DNA from: Tubiluchus corallicola
Taxonomy: Eukaryota > Animalia > Priapulida
Direction of reading: 5' to 3'
Assembly: GCA_030141605.1 (NCBI GenBank)
Contig: JAQGDQ010000101.1
Location: forward strand, 516,919 to 580,918
Length of the DNA: 64,000 nt
Shown piece after piece: positions 38,401 to 51,157 of the stretch. The notes below the pieces were generated by a model that made no database searches, was not told the DNA's origin, and saw only the letters and a program-made list of their open reading frames with translations. How positions within the stretch are numbered: position 1 is the stretch's first letter; the number at the start of each line of letters is the position of its first letter. The position numbers and the translations under genes were made by a program.

Positions 38401-41400
38401 CAATGCCAGTGCGAACGATAATGCTAATATTATTGTTATTGTCAATGATGAGTTAATGTTATTAGTAATCTTAATGTTAACGTAATCTTGATACAATTTT
38501 TAAAGTTGATATTAATAATAATGCTAATATTGATTCAAATGTTAAGTATAGAAAATCCCAGTATGTGATTGAAATAATTACAGCAGCACAATTTTATTGA
38601 AATAATGTAAAAGTCTCACAATTTATTCACTTTTAACTTCGCGCTTTTTACAGAATTCCTGAAGCCTGGACTGGATATAAATACGACTCCTCCAGAAACT
38701 CATATGTAACTTTTTCTGGAGAGAAAGCTGCATTAGGAAATCTTATTCAACAGTCAGTTGTTGCGACAAACATGGCAAAATTAGGAGACAGTTCTTGCTT
38801 TTATCTGGCTTCAGCAGAAACGAACTCTTTGTTAGTTGGTGCCTGTTACAGTCAAAAGTACTTCATCTGCCAAGTTGTCCTTCCTGATGCTTTGCTGACA
38901 GAAATAAGTAAGCATGATTTTTTAGTAGCTAAATGAGTAAGATAGATATTTTTATGATATGTATTTTAAAAGGCTATTTTTTACTGCTTTTAGATACAAA
39001 CGAAATTACTTGCCCTCTCGATGAAAATGGAGATTGTTACGATCCTGTAAAATTTCTTGAAGAGGTAAATACTTGATACTAAAATTTTGATAGTTCGTAT
39101 ATGTACAGCACTGAACACTTAGTACACTGAGCCACTGAAAATCGTAAAGCAGTAAAGTAACCGTTTTAAATTCGTTATAGTATAAACGTGAGTGTTCGAC
39201 TAGACACCATCCTAATAATAAGTGTAATTATAAGCATAGGTATAAGTATAAGCATGGATGCAGGCAAAAACCTGAGTATTATGATTACGTTACGCCACTT
39301 TTCCCTATCATAAATTTCATGAGTCATTTGATTTTAACCAGCAACAAAGTAAAGGAAAAAAACCGTCAGTACTACAAGCAATAGCTCTTTCGAAAAGTAT
39401 GGACGCAAGCTCGGAAGCTGATGCGAATCTGAACTCAACTGAAAAACTGAAAACGGCACGGCAAGTTGTCAAAGCAATGGCTGACTCCATGTGGAATGAT
39501 TCACGCAAGGTTAACTGGGATGACATTCCAACTTTCTTGGTACGATATTGGACGTAATAATCTATGTTTGCAAGTACATAATGTTTTTAAATTTTTGAAA
39601 CCAAATTTAACCAAAAGCAAGGAAATGTGAAAAAGATACGACATGCAAAAATCCCGATTCAAATCTAGATTTATATCAGATTTTCGCACCTTCGTTTCTT
39701 TTTCAGACGAATTTCGTTCAAAAGTGTAATAATTTTTGATTTATCCCACCAGCATTGTATCAAAGTAAAATGAGAAAGTCATTCTCGTAAATTGTTCAGA
39801 AAAGTGTATCTTATTGTTAATATACGTCTAGCCTGCTTATCAAACTGCATTTTGTAATTTGCAGTTCGCATTACATGAAATTTGTCTTCGTACCAAGTAA
39901 ACAATAATAAATAAATAACTAAGTAAATAAATAATTAAGTAAGTAAATAAATAACTAAGTAAGTAAATAAATGAGCAACTAAATGAATGAATGAATGAAT
40001 GAATAAATAAATAAATAATCTTTTAATAATGAAATGTGGATAATTTCATTATTTTAGGAAGTCTTTCATGTCATAGACGAGTACTTGGGTGAAACACATT
40101 CAAAAGATTGGGAGACGTTGGAGCAGGTATTCAATCATTTTCTAACTGCATGGGAAAAATCGATTAATGATTGATAATTCGGTCAGTTTATAGTTACCTC
40201 AAAGCAGAAGATGGAATATAAATTTCTGTACAGGGCTCTTAAATTTTCCGGTATTTGTATTAATTTTTTTTTTGTCATTGCTCTGCGGCTGATTTGACGC
40301 AGACGCATGGCTGTAGTCTTTGCTTAGTAACACCCGCTTAGAATTAGACATGCTATATAGTTTCTAGACACCCTGTAGGTTTGCGTTTCTGGACATCGTG
40401 TAGAATTGGTTTTTTGACACTTGTAAAGATGGTGTTTTTATACGTTTTGTAGAGTTGATGTTTTATAGAGTTTATATTTATGGACGTCCTGTTGAGTTAC
40501 ATATATATGAGAGTGCTGTCTTGAGCTGGTATTTAAGAACACCCCATAGACTCGGTTTTTTTGAGTCACCCTGTAGAGTTTATAGTTGGTATTTTTGGTC
40601 GCCCAGTTGATATTTCTAAACGCCTCGTAAATGTTTAAATTTCATCTTTCTGTTTTTGCAGACTGAAACTGAAAGTAGCTCTGCGAAAATGCTACTAGAC
40701 TTGGACTCCATTGTGGCCAACCTTACAAGAAAGGTTAAGCTGAGCGATCCAACAACGCCACAAATGTACGTCCAAAAAGAAGGACATTCTTGTAAGTCTG
40801 CTTGGCTTAATTTTCTGCTGAAGCTCGATCTGTTCAGACAAAACGTAGAATATTGTCTGAGAATAACACTTTCCACTTGGTGATTTATTCACAAATGCAG
40901 TCTAATTCAAAATATCCTTTTTAAAATGGTATTCTTTAATTAGTAATTACCATATTTTGTATTAGATTTTAGTAATTTATTAGTTCACATGGGAATTCAC
41001 ATTAATTCACATTAAAGCAAGTAGTTTTGTTGAAGTGGGTTAGTCAAACCCTATAACCTTTTCAAAAATACTCTTTTTTGCTTAGCATACGTACTAAGTT
41101 TGGTCTTTTAACCTGTTTGTGGTTGTGTATCTGTCACAGTGTTCCAACTGTAAATTTACTAAGATGGCACGTTGTATTCCTGTTCAGAAAGATTACCTAG
41201 AAAATTTATTCAGACATTTTATTCAACTAATACTTTCCTCAAAAGTTTTGTCTAACCGGTTTATATATCCCATTCACATTGAAGTAGTTTATTATTTTAC
41301 CTGTTTAAGTGTAAAGGTACATCGTGAAATTGACTATAGTACTGTTGTTAGTGTATTGCAGTTTTATAAATTCTGACTGATCAACCAACTGACCGACCGT

Positions 41401-44400
41401 AGGCAGGCAGGCAGACAGACAGACTGGCAAGGCAGGCCGTCTGAGAGATTGGCAAACTGACTGACTGAATAAATGACTGAATGACTTGTTGATTGACTGA
41501 CTGATGGATGGGCTGACCGAGTGAGCGACTAACAGACTCCATGTGCTACAATGACACCAGTTGTGCGGTATAGTAGCTAGCAGCTGACGTTTACCGTATT
41601 AAGTGTTACTGATAACGTATCAAACATGTTTTATATTTCGCTCATTCTTAGTTACCACAATCCGCAAGTTTCCAAAGTCTACATACAGTCAGGTTGCTAG
41701 ATTTCCCGACGATGATAATGATGGTGATGACGACAATGAAATTAACCAAGGTTTGGCAGCTGCGGGCGTCAAAGGTCTAGAAGTGAAGTTTACCGAGGAT
41801 TTGTTTGGAACTATTTCCGATGAAGAAGGTTCTTATTTGCTCCATTGAAAATTATTTATTTTACCAGATATAAAATTTCTTTTCTATGTATAAAAAACAA
41901 ACAAACAAAAATAGAGAAGTCGACACAAATAAATGGAGAGCCCTAAACCTTGCTTATAGAATAAATGTCTAGAGGACTTCACTTGGCCTAGTTATTGATG
42001 TAAAAACTGCTTTATACATAGTCTTTGTGCATTTATTCTGGGTTAAATATTTAGTTAAAGGAAAATTCAACTTTAATCTTTCATGTTTTTAAGCTGACAA
42101 CGTTTTTCTGTGATTGCGTTATTTCATTTGGGCAGATGGTAATCATAACGATCTTGCTTTAGGTGACGTCGAGGTTGGGTTTGGGATCAACATCATTAAT
42201 GAAATGCCTCTGCCAACGAATGTTAAACCGTACGTGCATTTATTACTGTAAATCTCAATTTGTTATTCATTTTTTAAATGGGAAACTTGATACAATGTAT
42301 TTTTTCATAAAGTACGCCACTCTTGCGAACTTGAAATCAGCACTTAACGCCATTATCTACTTAAAGTAGATAGCTGTGGTAGGACTGAGGCCTAGCTCTT
42401 TATCAAAGGTAATACCCTAAGACGAGGCAATAAACCGGCAAAGGTGTCTTAGCTTCGTTCACGCATGAATACATCCCCATCGATGAACAGCCAAAAGCAG
42501 AATGGTGGATGATAGCATTCAAAATCAGTATCGAACCAGGCAATCAGCCATCCATTCAAAAATCAGCCACAGAGTTGTTTAACTTTGGTCGCCACGCCCA
42601 CGTAATAGAAAATGGTAGACATTTTGGAAATTGAAAATCTTTTCTTTGACATCTCTTACATTGAGTTTATTTAAATTATCATCCATTAGTGGTTTCACTT
42701 GTGACCAAATGACGTTAGCTTGAACAATTTTTTCGGAATGAATCTCATATTTACGTTTTGAAGACCGCTGATGACCAATGTACAAATCTATATTAACTCT
42801 GTTTAACTTTGTGTATTATATCTCTGTATTTTTTGTATGCCAATAAAATCTAAATATAAAATCTAAATCTAATATGGTGATTATTAGCGTATTTTATAGT
42901 GCACCTACCTACCATTCTTTTACTGGAAATTGATTTTTGCGTATATTTGTGCTTTTTTTCTAGATTACATAAAGTGATTTCGAGCTAGTTTTCTTTCTTT
43001 TAATGTTTCTAGGAGTGAGGATCTTAGGACAGATGGTTACACGTACAGGATAAATAGTGGTATAATCAGTATCAGTACAGCACCGGAACTTCCTCTTGGA
43101 GCCCTCTGGGGCCATTGTACTTATGTTATGATTCCAATGAAGTCTTCCATTAAAACGGTTAGTCTACAGTCACTGTGAGTCTCTAGTCGTATTCCTTTAT
43201 TTGTGATGCCTGGTTTCCTCAATGCTCTCCTATTTTGAATTGGCTGACAACTTTAATTTTTTTGTTAATTGTTGTCGTATGAAAAAATTCTCCGTTTTAA
43301 TGAATATAAATTATGCATAAAGTAAAGTGAATACAGTTTTTGACATGTATCGGCTGTTCTAGTTAAGTTCTTATTTCGACCGTAGTAGCAATTGTATCAT
43401 AGCAGAGCAATGTACTATGAATCTTTTGTATCAGTCTCACACCTCATATCAAAATCACTTTTTAGGAATTGTGTTATTATGCGATTCAAGGGGATAATAG
43501 CACCCAGAGGAAAAACTGCATTTTATCAATTAGTACGCCACAAAGATTTATTATAAGCTACTAAAAACTTTTTTTCCGTATTGAAAAAGTAAAACGTTAT
43601 TCTTTTCTAGGCCGATGACATACCTTTCTGTACTTATCTGGATCGCAGGTAAATTTATTAATCACTTTGCTTTTTGGGCTTTGAGATCTTACCAGCTGAG
43701 AAGCGTTTTACTAATTAATTGCGCGACAGATTTTTAAATTATTTAATCATTTTATAAAAAAATTGCGTTTAGGTTATTAATTTGATTTTGCATTTTTGAA
43801 TACAGAGTATGTGATTAAATTGCTTCGCCACGGCTTCTTGTTGCAGTACTTGCAGAAGAAATTAGAAAGTCACAAACAATATGTTATAAGTATGTATGTA
43901 GATAAGTTTGATCTGACGGTTTAGTCTTGTGGCAGCGCGTCCGTTTTTCGTTTTGGAGGTCGTGAGTACGATTCAGCGACCGGGTCATACCAATTACTTT
44001 AAAAATATGGTACCGCTGTTGCGCTGCCTGGCGCATTGTATTTAGGGAAAAGTGGGGTCAAGCCACAATTAGACTGAATAAATTCAGTAAATTTCGTCTT
44101 TTAATTTCCTTTCGTGGTTGTAGTATTGGCGAATAGTAAACAAGTGAACTGAGACAATTTAATAACGTTTAGATGATTATTTCAGCACTGGCGAGTGGAG
44201 TACTCAAGATGTACGCGTGGTCTCATTCAACAGTACCCATGTTAATTGTTGCATGGAACATTTCACCACATTTGCAATTCTTGTGCAACCACCATACGTT
44301 TGGGTAAATTTGTTTATTTTCAAACTGTTGACGTTATTTTGTTTACTCATTGTTTTTGCTTGCTGCTTGCCTGTGCGTTTGTTAGTGTGTTGGTCATTCA

Positions 44401-47400
44401 TTGGTTAGTCAGCTGAATACTTAGTTGGTTAGTTAGTTACTCTTTGTGTGAAATAGTAAGTCGAATAGTAAGTTGGTTTTGTTGGCACTCAGTCGTCCAC
44501 TCTTTTATCTATTTAGCTTATTTGTATCGTTTAAGATTCGTTATTTTTTAATTTATTCTTACTTGTATTAAAATTTAAGTTTACATGGATAGCCCTTTGA
44601 TCAAAAATACATGAAAGGGGTTTCTTATTTCAATCGCTAAACACGTTAATGTTACTTAAAAATCTCCTAAATGCCATAAATTCCTTTCCAGATATTTCTT
44701 GCAAAGATGTTATACACTTTCCTGTACGACAGCCTAACTATTAACCACGAACATAATTTACCATCTATTTTTCATTTTCTTTTTTTTTCTATAGATTCCA
44801 ACAGAGCTGGAGGAAACTTTGACTTACATCACATATGTAGGTGTTGCTGTGTCTATTGCTTCTTTGGTCATCTTCATTACTGTGATCATTTTCAATGTGT
44901 AAGTTCTTATTAATTAATGATTGGTTTCTTAAAACCTAATTGATTAATGAGCATTATTAGTTGGCATTCATTAGTGATTTGATATGCACTCAAGTAATAC
45001 AAATGAACCAGTACTTAAGCAAAAGACACAGAATAATAAGAAATAGAAAACAAAAAAGAGGGCCATAGACGCTTATAACTCCGTATTGGATTAAAAAACT
45101 AGGATCTAAATTGGATACAGTAATATAACAGTATGTGTAGGTAAGGGGATAACACTAGTAAACGGCTTGATTCTTGCAATGTGTCGAGGATTTTTTATGT
45201 GTTTGTTGTTTTTAGGTCACTACACATTGAAAGATACATGGTACATCTTAACTTCTCTTTTGCGTTGTTGTTTGCAAATATTACGTTTCTAACTGTTGAT
45301 CCCGCAAGGAAAGATGAGGTAACTACTTTCATCAGATTAGTGAAGAATACCTTACATTACCTTACTTTACTTATCACACCTTACCTTTCCGATCCTTTCC
45401 TTACCTTAGCTTACCTTACCATACATTACCGTATCTTACCTTACCTTATCTTATCGTATTTTACTTTACCTTGCTTACTTCAACTTTCTCTATGTTGCCT
45501 TTGGTTGCCTTTACTTCCACTCATTTAACTGTATCGTACCTTATCTTACCTTATCTTAGTTTTATCTGATTTTACCTTATCGTATCTTATCTGTCCTTAC
45601 TTTACCTTACCTTGTTATATCTAGTTTACCTTAATTTATGCTACTTTACCTTGTTTTATCTTATTTTACCATACCATACATCTTGCCTTACCAAGTTGTC
45701 TTACTAAACTTATTTTACTGCACCTTATTTTAATTTATTTTATGTTACCTGGGTTGATCTTACTTTAGATTACCGTAGTTTACATTAATAAGTTACCTAT
45801 TTTACCTTTTCTCACTTTACTTTATCTCTCCTTACATTGCCAAGTTACAGTATTCTTATTTTTCTTCACATTACCTTACCTTACATTACGCTCTACTTTT
45901 CAATACTTTACCGTACTCTTTTTAGTTTCATTCTGTGTATTTGTAATCTAAGTGTCTTTATACTCTAATACAACCTTTCATGAGTAAAAAGTGGTAAATA
46001 GGACCCTAAATTATAAGAACCACTTTTTACCTTTAATGACATTTTTGATTGATTTATCAAACGAGAGTTTTAATTCGACAACAATATTCAACTGCACACT
46101 GTTCCTCTGAAACTTTTCAAATGTTTTCTATGCAGGTTGCATGCATGGTGGTTGCCGTTCTCTCACACTATTTTTACACGTGTTCGTGGATGTGGTTATT
46201 ATGTGAATCAGTTTACCTGTTCAGAGCCATTGCAGCAGGAAATCTTACTGGAAGAATTCGATGCTATATACCACTTGCTTGGGGTAAATTAATTTTATAT
46301 TACTCGTATTTCTTACATACCATTTACACGTATAGTTGTGATAGTTGTCATAAAAATACATTATATTATATAAAAAAAATATATAATATATCTTCTAGAT
46401 AGATATAAGATTAAGAAAAACAAAAATCCAGAAAATTCAATTGAGTGTCACAATGTTCAGTTCCGATTAAGGATAAACATAAAAGAATATATTTGTTAAA
46501 TAATGTTCAAGAAACTATTCTTACAGATAATATCATTGTTATGATTACAGTCGACATGTTTGTTTCTCAAAAATAATTCGTTTTCCTCACTTCTGCGAAT
46601 TCTGTGCTGCCAGGCAAATAATGAAAACACCTTTACCATTTTTTTCCTTCTTGATGATGCTGCTTGCTGAAAAATCGTAATATGGTGGGCCCCAAATTAA
46701 ACTAAATGTTAGGGAAGGGTGATGAAGAGTACAGGTATAATACTCATTTGAATTTTGAGCTCTACGATAAGCCACTTTCAAGCTGTCGGGTGACCAAAAG
46801 AAGCAAGTTATAGAAACAAGTAAAATCAGTTATGTCGACTCTAATGACGACGAAATTAATGTTTTTATAGGTTTGCCAGCCTTGATTGTAGCTCTTACTG
46901 TCAGCACACATGTTGAAGGTTATGGGGCTGATCACAGGTGCTTCATGTCTTATGACGATCATCTAATATGGATCTTTTTGGGACCAGTGCTGGCCATGAT
47001 ACTTGTAAGTCAATTATTATAAAATTAAAAAATTAAAAAAGAATTTTTTACGATCTTATTACCATATTTATTATTAGCGGTTAATATTTCAGTAATATGG
47101 GTGGGTGCATTGGCGGAAGTATGCTAAAACCAGAACATTTATACTTTTAATTGCATGACGGTATTTCGTCTTAGAGCTTTAGCTTTGAAAACAACCCTGG
47201 TTCTAGTCTCTTCATGTCATCCAGTTTGAGTAGGGTGTTCCACTGAATGCTGATTTTTAACTTGCAGGTTGCAGTGTTCGGAAATGTGTAAAAAAAATGA
47301 ATCAGACGTGCCGTAAATCTTTTGGGCTGATAGATTTGTAACAAATCTGATTACTAAGATTCTTAAAATTGGTAATTCAAAGTAGCTACATCTATTGTCA

Positions 47401-49632
47401 AATAAGGAAGGATAACAAGTGGTAACTTGTGGTTTGGATATATCAACCCATAAAGCAAAAACTTTGCAAGGATCACACTTTAACAAACAAGTGGAGGATA
47501 AGCCTGTTAATTACAACGTTTTTTTTTATTTTAGGTCATTTTCATTATTCTTGTTGTCATTATCTGTAACATCAGCCTACCTGCTGTTAAAAACAAAGAC
47601 CACATGTATGAGCTAAGGTATGCGGTTTAATTACTGTAACATTTCAATGTGCATTAAACATATTGATTATCAGTGCATTTTCTTTTTTATGTCGCTCAAC
47701 AGGTGTCAGCACTAACAGGCTACTGTATTATCTTTTAGGAGCTTACTACGAGGATGCGTTTTCTTAGTGCCTCTTCTTGGGGTGCCGTGGTTGTTTGGTG
47801 TAATGTCGTTTGCCGACGAAACGCAGGCGTTCCTTATCATATTCACCGTTTCAAACTCTATGCAGGTTGGTTGGTTGGTTGAATGATTGCCCAGTTAGTT
47901 GGTTGGTTGTGATGCCAAGTTTAAGTAACAAAAACTGCGAGGTTTCATTGCAAAATAAAATTCTAAGTAAATTTGGATTAAGATTTGCTTTTGAGAATTT
48001 ATAGTAAAAAAGTGAGATGATGGATATGCTTGACATGTTGACCATTCTTGTTGGCATCTCTATTGGGAATGCGAGTAATGATGCTGATGACCCAACGACG
48101 ATGACGACGATGATGATGACAACGATAATGATAATGATGATAACAACGACCATGACAATTACGACGATGATTATAATGATAATGATTACAATGGTGATGA
48201 TAATAATGATGGTGACAATGATGACAATGGCAATGATGGTGTTAATGACTGTGGTGGTGGTGGTAGTAATAGTGTGGTAGTACCAACAACACGGTTGGCA
48301 GTAGCAGTGGTGGTGGTGCCAGATGTGGTAATAATGGTGATATAGTAGATGATGATGGAGGTGATCATAATGACGATGATAATTATAATGTTTATGAAGT
48401 TGAAAGAATTTGAAAATTATGTTGATCGACAATAATGACGATGATAGCGACACTAAGCTGACTGCAAAAAAGCAACAAACAAAAGAATTTAACATAATGA
48501 ATATCTAAGTATAGTAAATAAGCACTAAACTGTAAATAAAGAAATGTACTGATGACAGTAAATAACTAAATAAATAGCCTTGAAATTAATATAATAAATA
48601 ATTAAGTTCTTCATTAATTAATGTACGTATTAATTCCAGGGTTTCTTCGTCTTCCTGTTGCTCGGTATTGGTTCGCCACAATTTCGAGCAATCATCTTCT
48701 GCTGTAGAGACAAACTAGAAGACGAAGATGAGAAACCCATAGACAGTCGAGTGCTTGTGACAGACATGGACAACATCACTGCTGAACACTTGTCAAGAAT
48801 GGATAAATCTCAACTGGTAGGAACTAGGAGCTTTTGATTAAAGTTGTCAAATAAAAATTTAATTAAATCGTTTATTTACTCCGCAAACTTATGATCAAAA
48901 GCAATACATTGCAATTAATGCAGAAGAAAAGGGTGGACAGTTTTACTCAAGGAGCGATATCTAATCTATAGTCTTATCGAAAGTTTCGTTTTACAATTTC
49001 ACATTGAGTGGGTGTACCTGCATTGAAATATAATAGAGAATGCATTGACCTCCAAAAATGACTCGCGCATCTCATTTTTCCAGCTTAGGTAATACTCTTA
49101 TAATCACCAATGACTAAGGTATTTTAGTTAAAACAACAGGTGAGCACAAACGATATTTTTCGATCACTTCACCCATAGCCCTGCAATATTTGTACGTCCA
49201 TGACAAATCGAGTAACTGGCAGCTGTAAACGTAGCGGTAATCTTCATTGTTGTTTATACTCGTAATGCTAAGTGGATGGAGAAAAAAACCAAAACTGAAA
49301 GTGACTTATTTTTGAAGTTCAGTTTTTTCTGCTTTAACAATTTGAAAATAATGTTTCTGACTTTTTTGCAGAAAGAAATGATGCCGCAAAAGACGCCAAC
49401 AGAATGTAAGTGTATGAAATTGCAGCTCACCAAAACTTTTTTTATAGTAAGAGACCTTTTTATTACATGTCTTGCTGGACGGTTGAAAAGTTCTTCTTAA
49501 AGCAACCTGTTTTATTAGACGAATAATCACATGACCAAGACTCATTAGCTTTAGCAGAAAATCAAATTCCACGAGTTTTTGTTTTTTTTACAGATATACC
49601 GTGAAGGCTTTAAAGAGCTGTCGAATGTGTAG
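32476..49632 (+). CDS. Adhesion GPCR, ADGRD/GPR133-like: pentraxin/LamG - Thr/Pro stalk - C-type lectin-like - GAIN/GPS - 7TM. About 25 exons; 5' end unresolved
   Basis: Phase-compatible exons 32476-32517 (tentative), 33092-33285, 34134-34293, 34911-35086, 35774-35974, 36665-36812, 37347-37400, 37853-38054, 38654-38907, 38994-39064, 39342-39539, 40058-40126, 40662-40791, 41652-41828, 42136-42229, 43013-43157, 43611-43648, 44186-44303, 44795-44898, 45216-45318, 46136-46283, 46871-47004, 47535-47617, 47739-47865, 48640-48816, then 49372-49405 and/or 49594-49632. Motifs: CLFQPNIC..GMTFGIW, WTHVALRW, GHLDEFVIW; CPEGF..CY..W..C..WTG..C..FICQ; INSGIIS, CTYLD, HFTTFAILV; ITYVG, HLNFSFA, HYF..W..E, WGLP, FLGP, PLLGVPWLFG, NSMQGFF. 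Confidence 0.88.
33795..33954. repeat. Long imperfect inverted repeat (foldback)
   Basis: AGAAGAATTAGATGCCT pairs with AGGCATCTAATTCTTCT, and the inner GTTGAGTTTGCATCGA pairs with TCGATGCAAATTCAAC. Confidence 0.85.
35193..35290 (+). mobile_element. Degenerate tRNA-related SINE-like head; a possibly related copy lies at about 31567..31660
   Basis: A box TGGCTAAGTGG, internal hairpin GACTGGC/GCTGGTC and a degenerate B box. A TGGTCA.T.AATGGA segment is shared with the 31.6-kb copy. Confidence 0.35.
40340..40630. repeat. Degenerate minisatellite (about 25 bp), consensus close to TTTCTGGACACCCTGTAGAGTTGG
   Basis: Recurrent TTT..GAC.CC.TGTAG units. Confidence 0.6.
43913..44055 (+). mobile_element. 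tRNA-headed SINE with a Meta-domain-like core (MetaSINE-like)
   Basis: A tRNA-like head (TAGTCTTGTGG...GGTCGTGAGTACGATTC) is followed by CCGGGTCATACCAATTACTTTAAAAATATGGTACC..TGCCTGGCGC, which resembles the MetaSINE central domain as I recall it (CCGGGTCATACCAAAGACT-TAAAAATGG). Confidence 0.65.
45349..45920. repeat. Degenerate (CCTTA)n pentanucleotide array
   Basis: Directly visible, in an aGPCR intron. Confidence 0.9.
48075..48450. repeat. Degenerate (GAT/GGT)n trinucleotide tract
   Basis: Directly visible; source of the low-complexity ORFs. Confidence 0.9.
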
Positions 49633-49888
49633 TTTCGTTCTCTCTCTGCAAAAGCATGCGCACAAATGCCATTCGTTAGATGAACAATTATTCCATACCC
49701 AGAAAATTGCCTGTCGAACTGAAAAGAAATTTATACAGCTTTCAGAAAGTTAATGGTTGATTCATCTGCGTTGACCAGTTATTTTCAAAAAATTACTAAT
49801 CCTTAATGTATTCAATTTGTTTGTATAAATCTGTAAGGACAAAAACGTTTACAGTATTAATTGTACATCAATGTTTCCACACTTACGA

Positions 49889-50230
49889 ATCCAGGTAATA
49901 GAGTCACAGGTAAAAACGTCACAAGTAAAAAAGTCACAGGAAAAAAGGAAATAAACGTAACGCTAAACCTAACCTTAAACTTAATCGTATCCCTAACCCT
50001 AATCCTAACCGTAACCCTAAGATGTTGAACAAAACGTGATTTTTTATGCAATTGCGATATATATAAATAGTGTTGTCAATATGTACAAGTCATGTGATTT
50101 AAATATTTTCTGTTTTATTACTTTTCTTGTTTATGGTGCTTAAATAAATTGCAACTAACTTGAATATTTTTGATTGATTACTTGACGTTCATTCTTGCTA
50201 AAATAGTGACTTTTTTCTGTGACTTTATAA
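49889..50230. mobile_element. Helentron/DINE-like non-autonomous element relic
   Basis: Tandem AAAAAAGTCACAGG-like units, then degenerate (CCCTAA)n, with inverted GTGACTTTTTTCTGTGACTTT at about 50206..50226. Confidence 0.5.
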
Positions 50231-51103
50231 CAAATAAAATGATTTTATACTACGGTCACACTTGGAGCTTATTACGCTTAGTATATTTACACTATATATA
50301 TATATAGCTAAGTGAGTATTTATTCTGCATGCGTGTGTCAGTATGTGATTATTACAATATAATTACTTGCTTTTGGTGCATATTTTATGTATTATTAACC
50401 AATATAATTATAGTTACCAGTATTACTTTATTTTCTTATGTATGATGATATCGTCCTCTTGTGATAAATATTGTGATACTGTGATAAACAAAGTGCTTTC
50501 ACGCACCAAAATCAGGGCTGTTACGATAGCCAGGCAAACTGTGCGATAAATGGGCTTGGGCTTCAAGATGTTATTATACCGATGTCCAAAAAGATATGCT
50601 GTCATTATCCTGTTATTTAAAAAGAATATGTTTTTGAACTTTTTATATACCGGTTAATTGTTGTAGCGGAGACAAAGTCTGATGTAATATATAATCAGAC
50701 TGCAATAATTCATAGTAGATTAAACGTAGGTAAACATCATGACGGTACACTGTGATATTGACGCTTTTATGGAGAAGCAACTGTCTTTTCGGTAATTCGG
50801 AACTTAAGTAGATAGGAGTTTAACTGGTCACAAAATGAATTGTTATTTGATTTGTATGTAAAAATCGCTTATAGTCACTATCTTCTGGTTATATAGCTGA
50901 GTTTTTTGTTGTTAAGTATACGAAGCAGTATTACTTTTGCTTGTAAATAGCGTGTTATTAATAAAGCTATTAATCATTAGTGTTTCAAACTTGATGCTAT
51001 TACTGGATTTCTAAAAAAGCGTCATAATATATATTTATTTATATTTATATCACTATTTGTTGTAGTAAGCTCATATATTATATGTATGCATATAATATAA
51101 TGA

Positions 51104-51157
<54 letters not shown>

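Noticed and set aside
47851-48495. 214-aa His/Ile-rich minus-strand ORF
   Set aside because: It arises from a degenerate trinucleotide tract in an aGPCR intron.
49965-50020. Telomere-like (CCCTAA)n
   Set aside because: Short, degenerate and embedded in a Helentron/DINE-like repeat. It is not evidence of a telomere or chromosome fusion.
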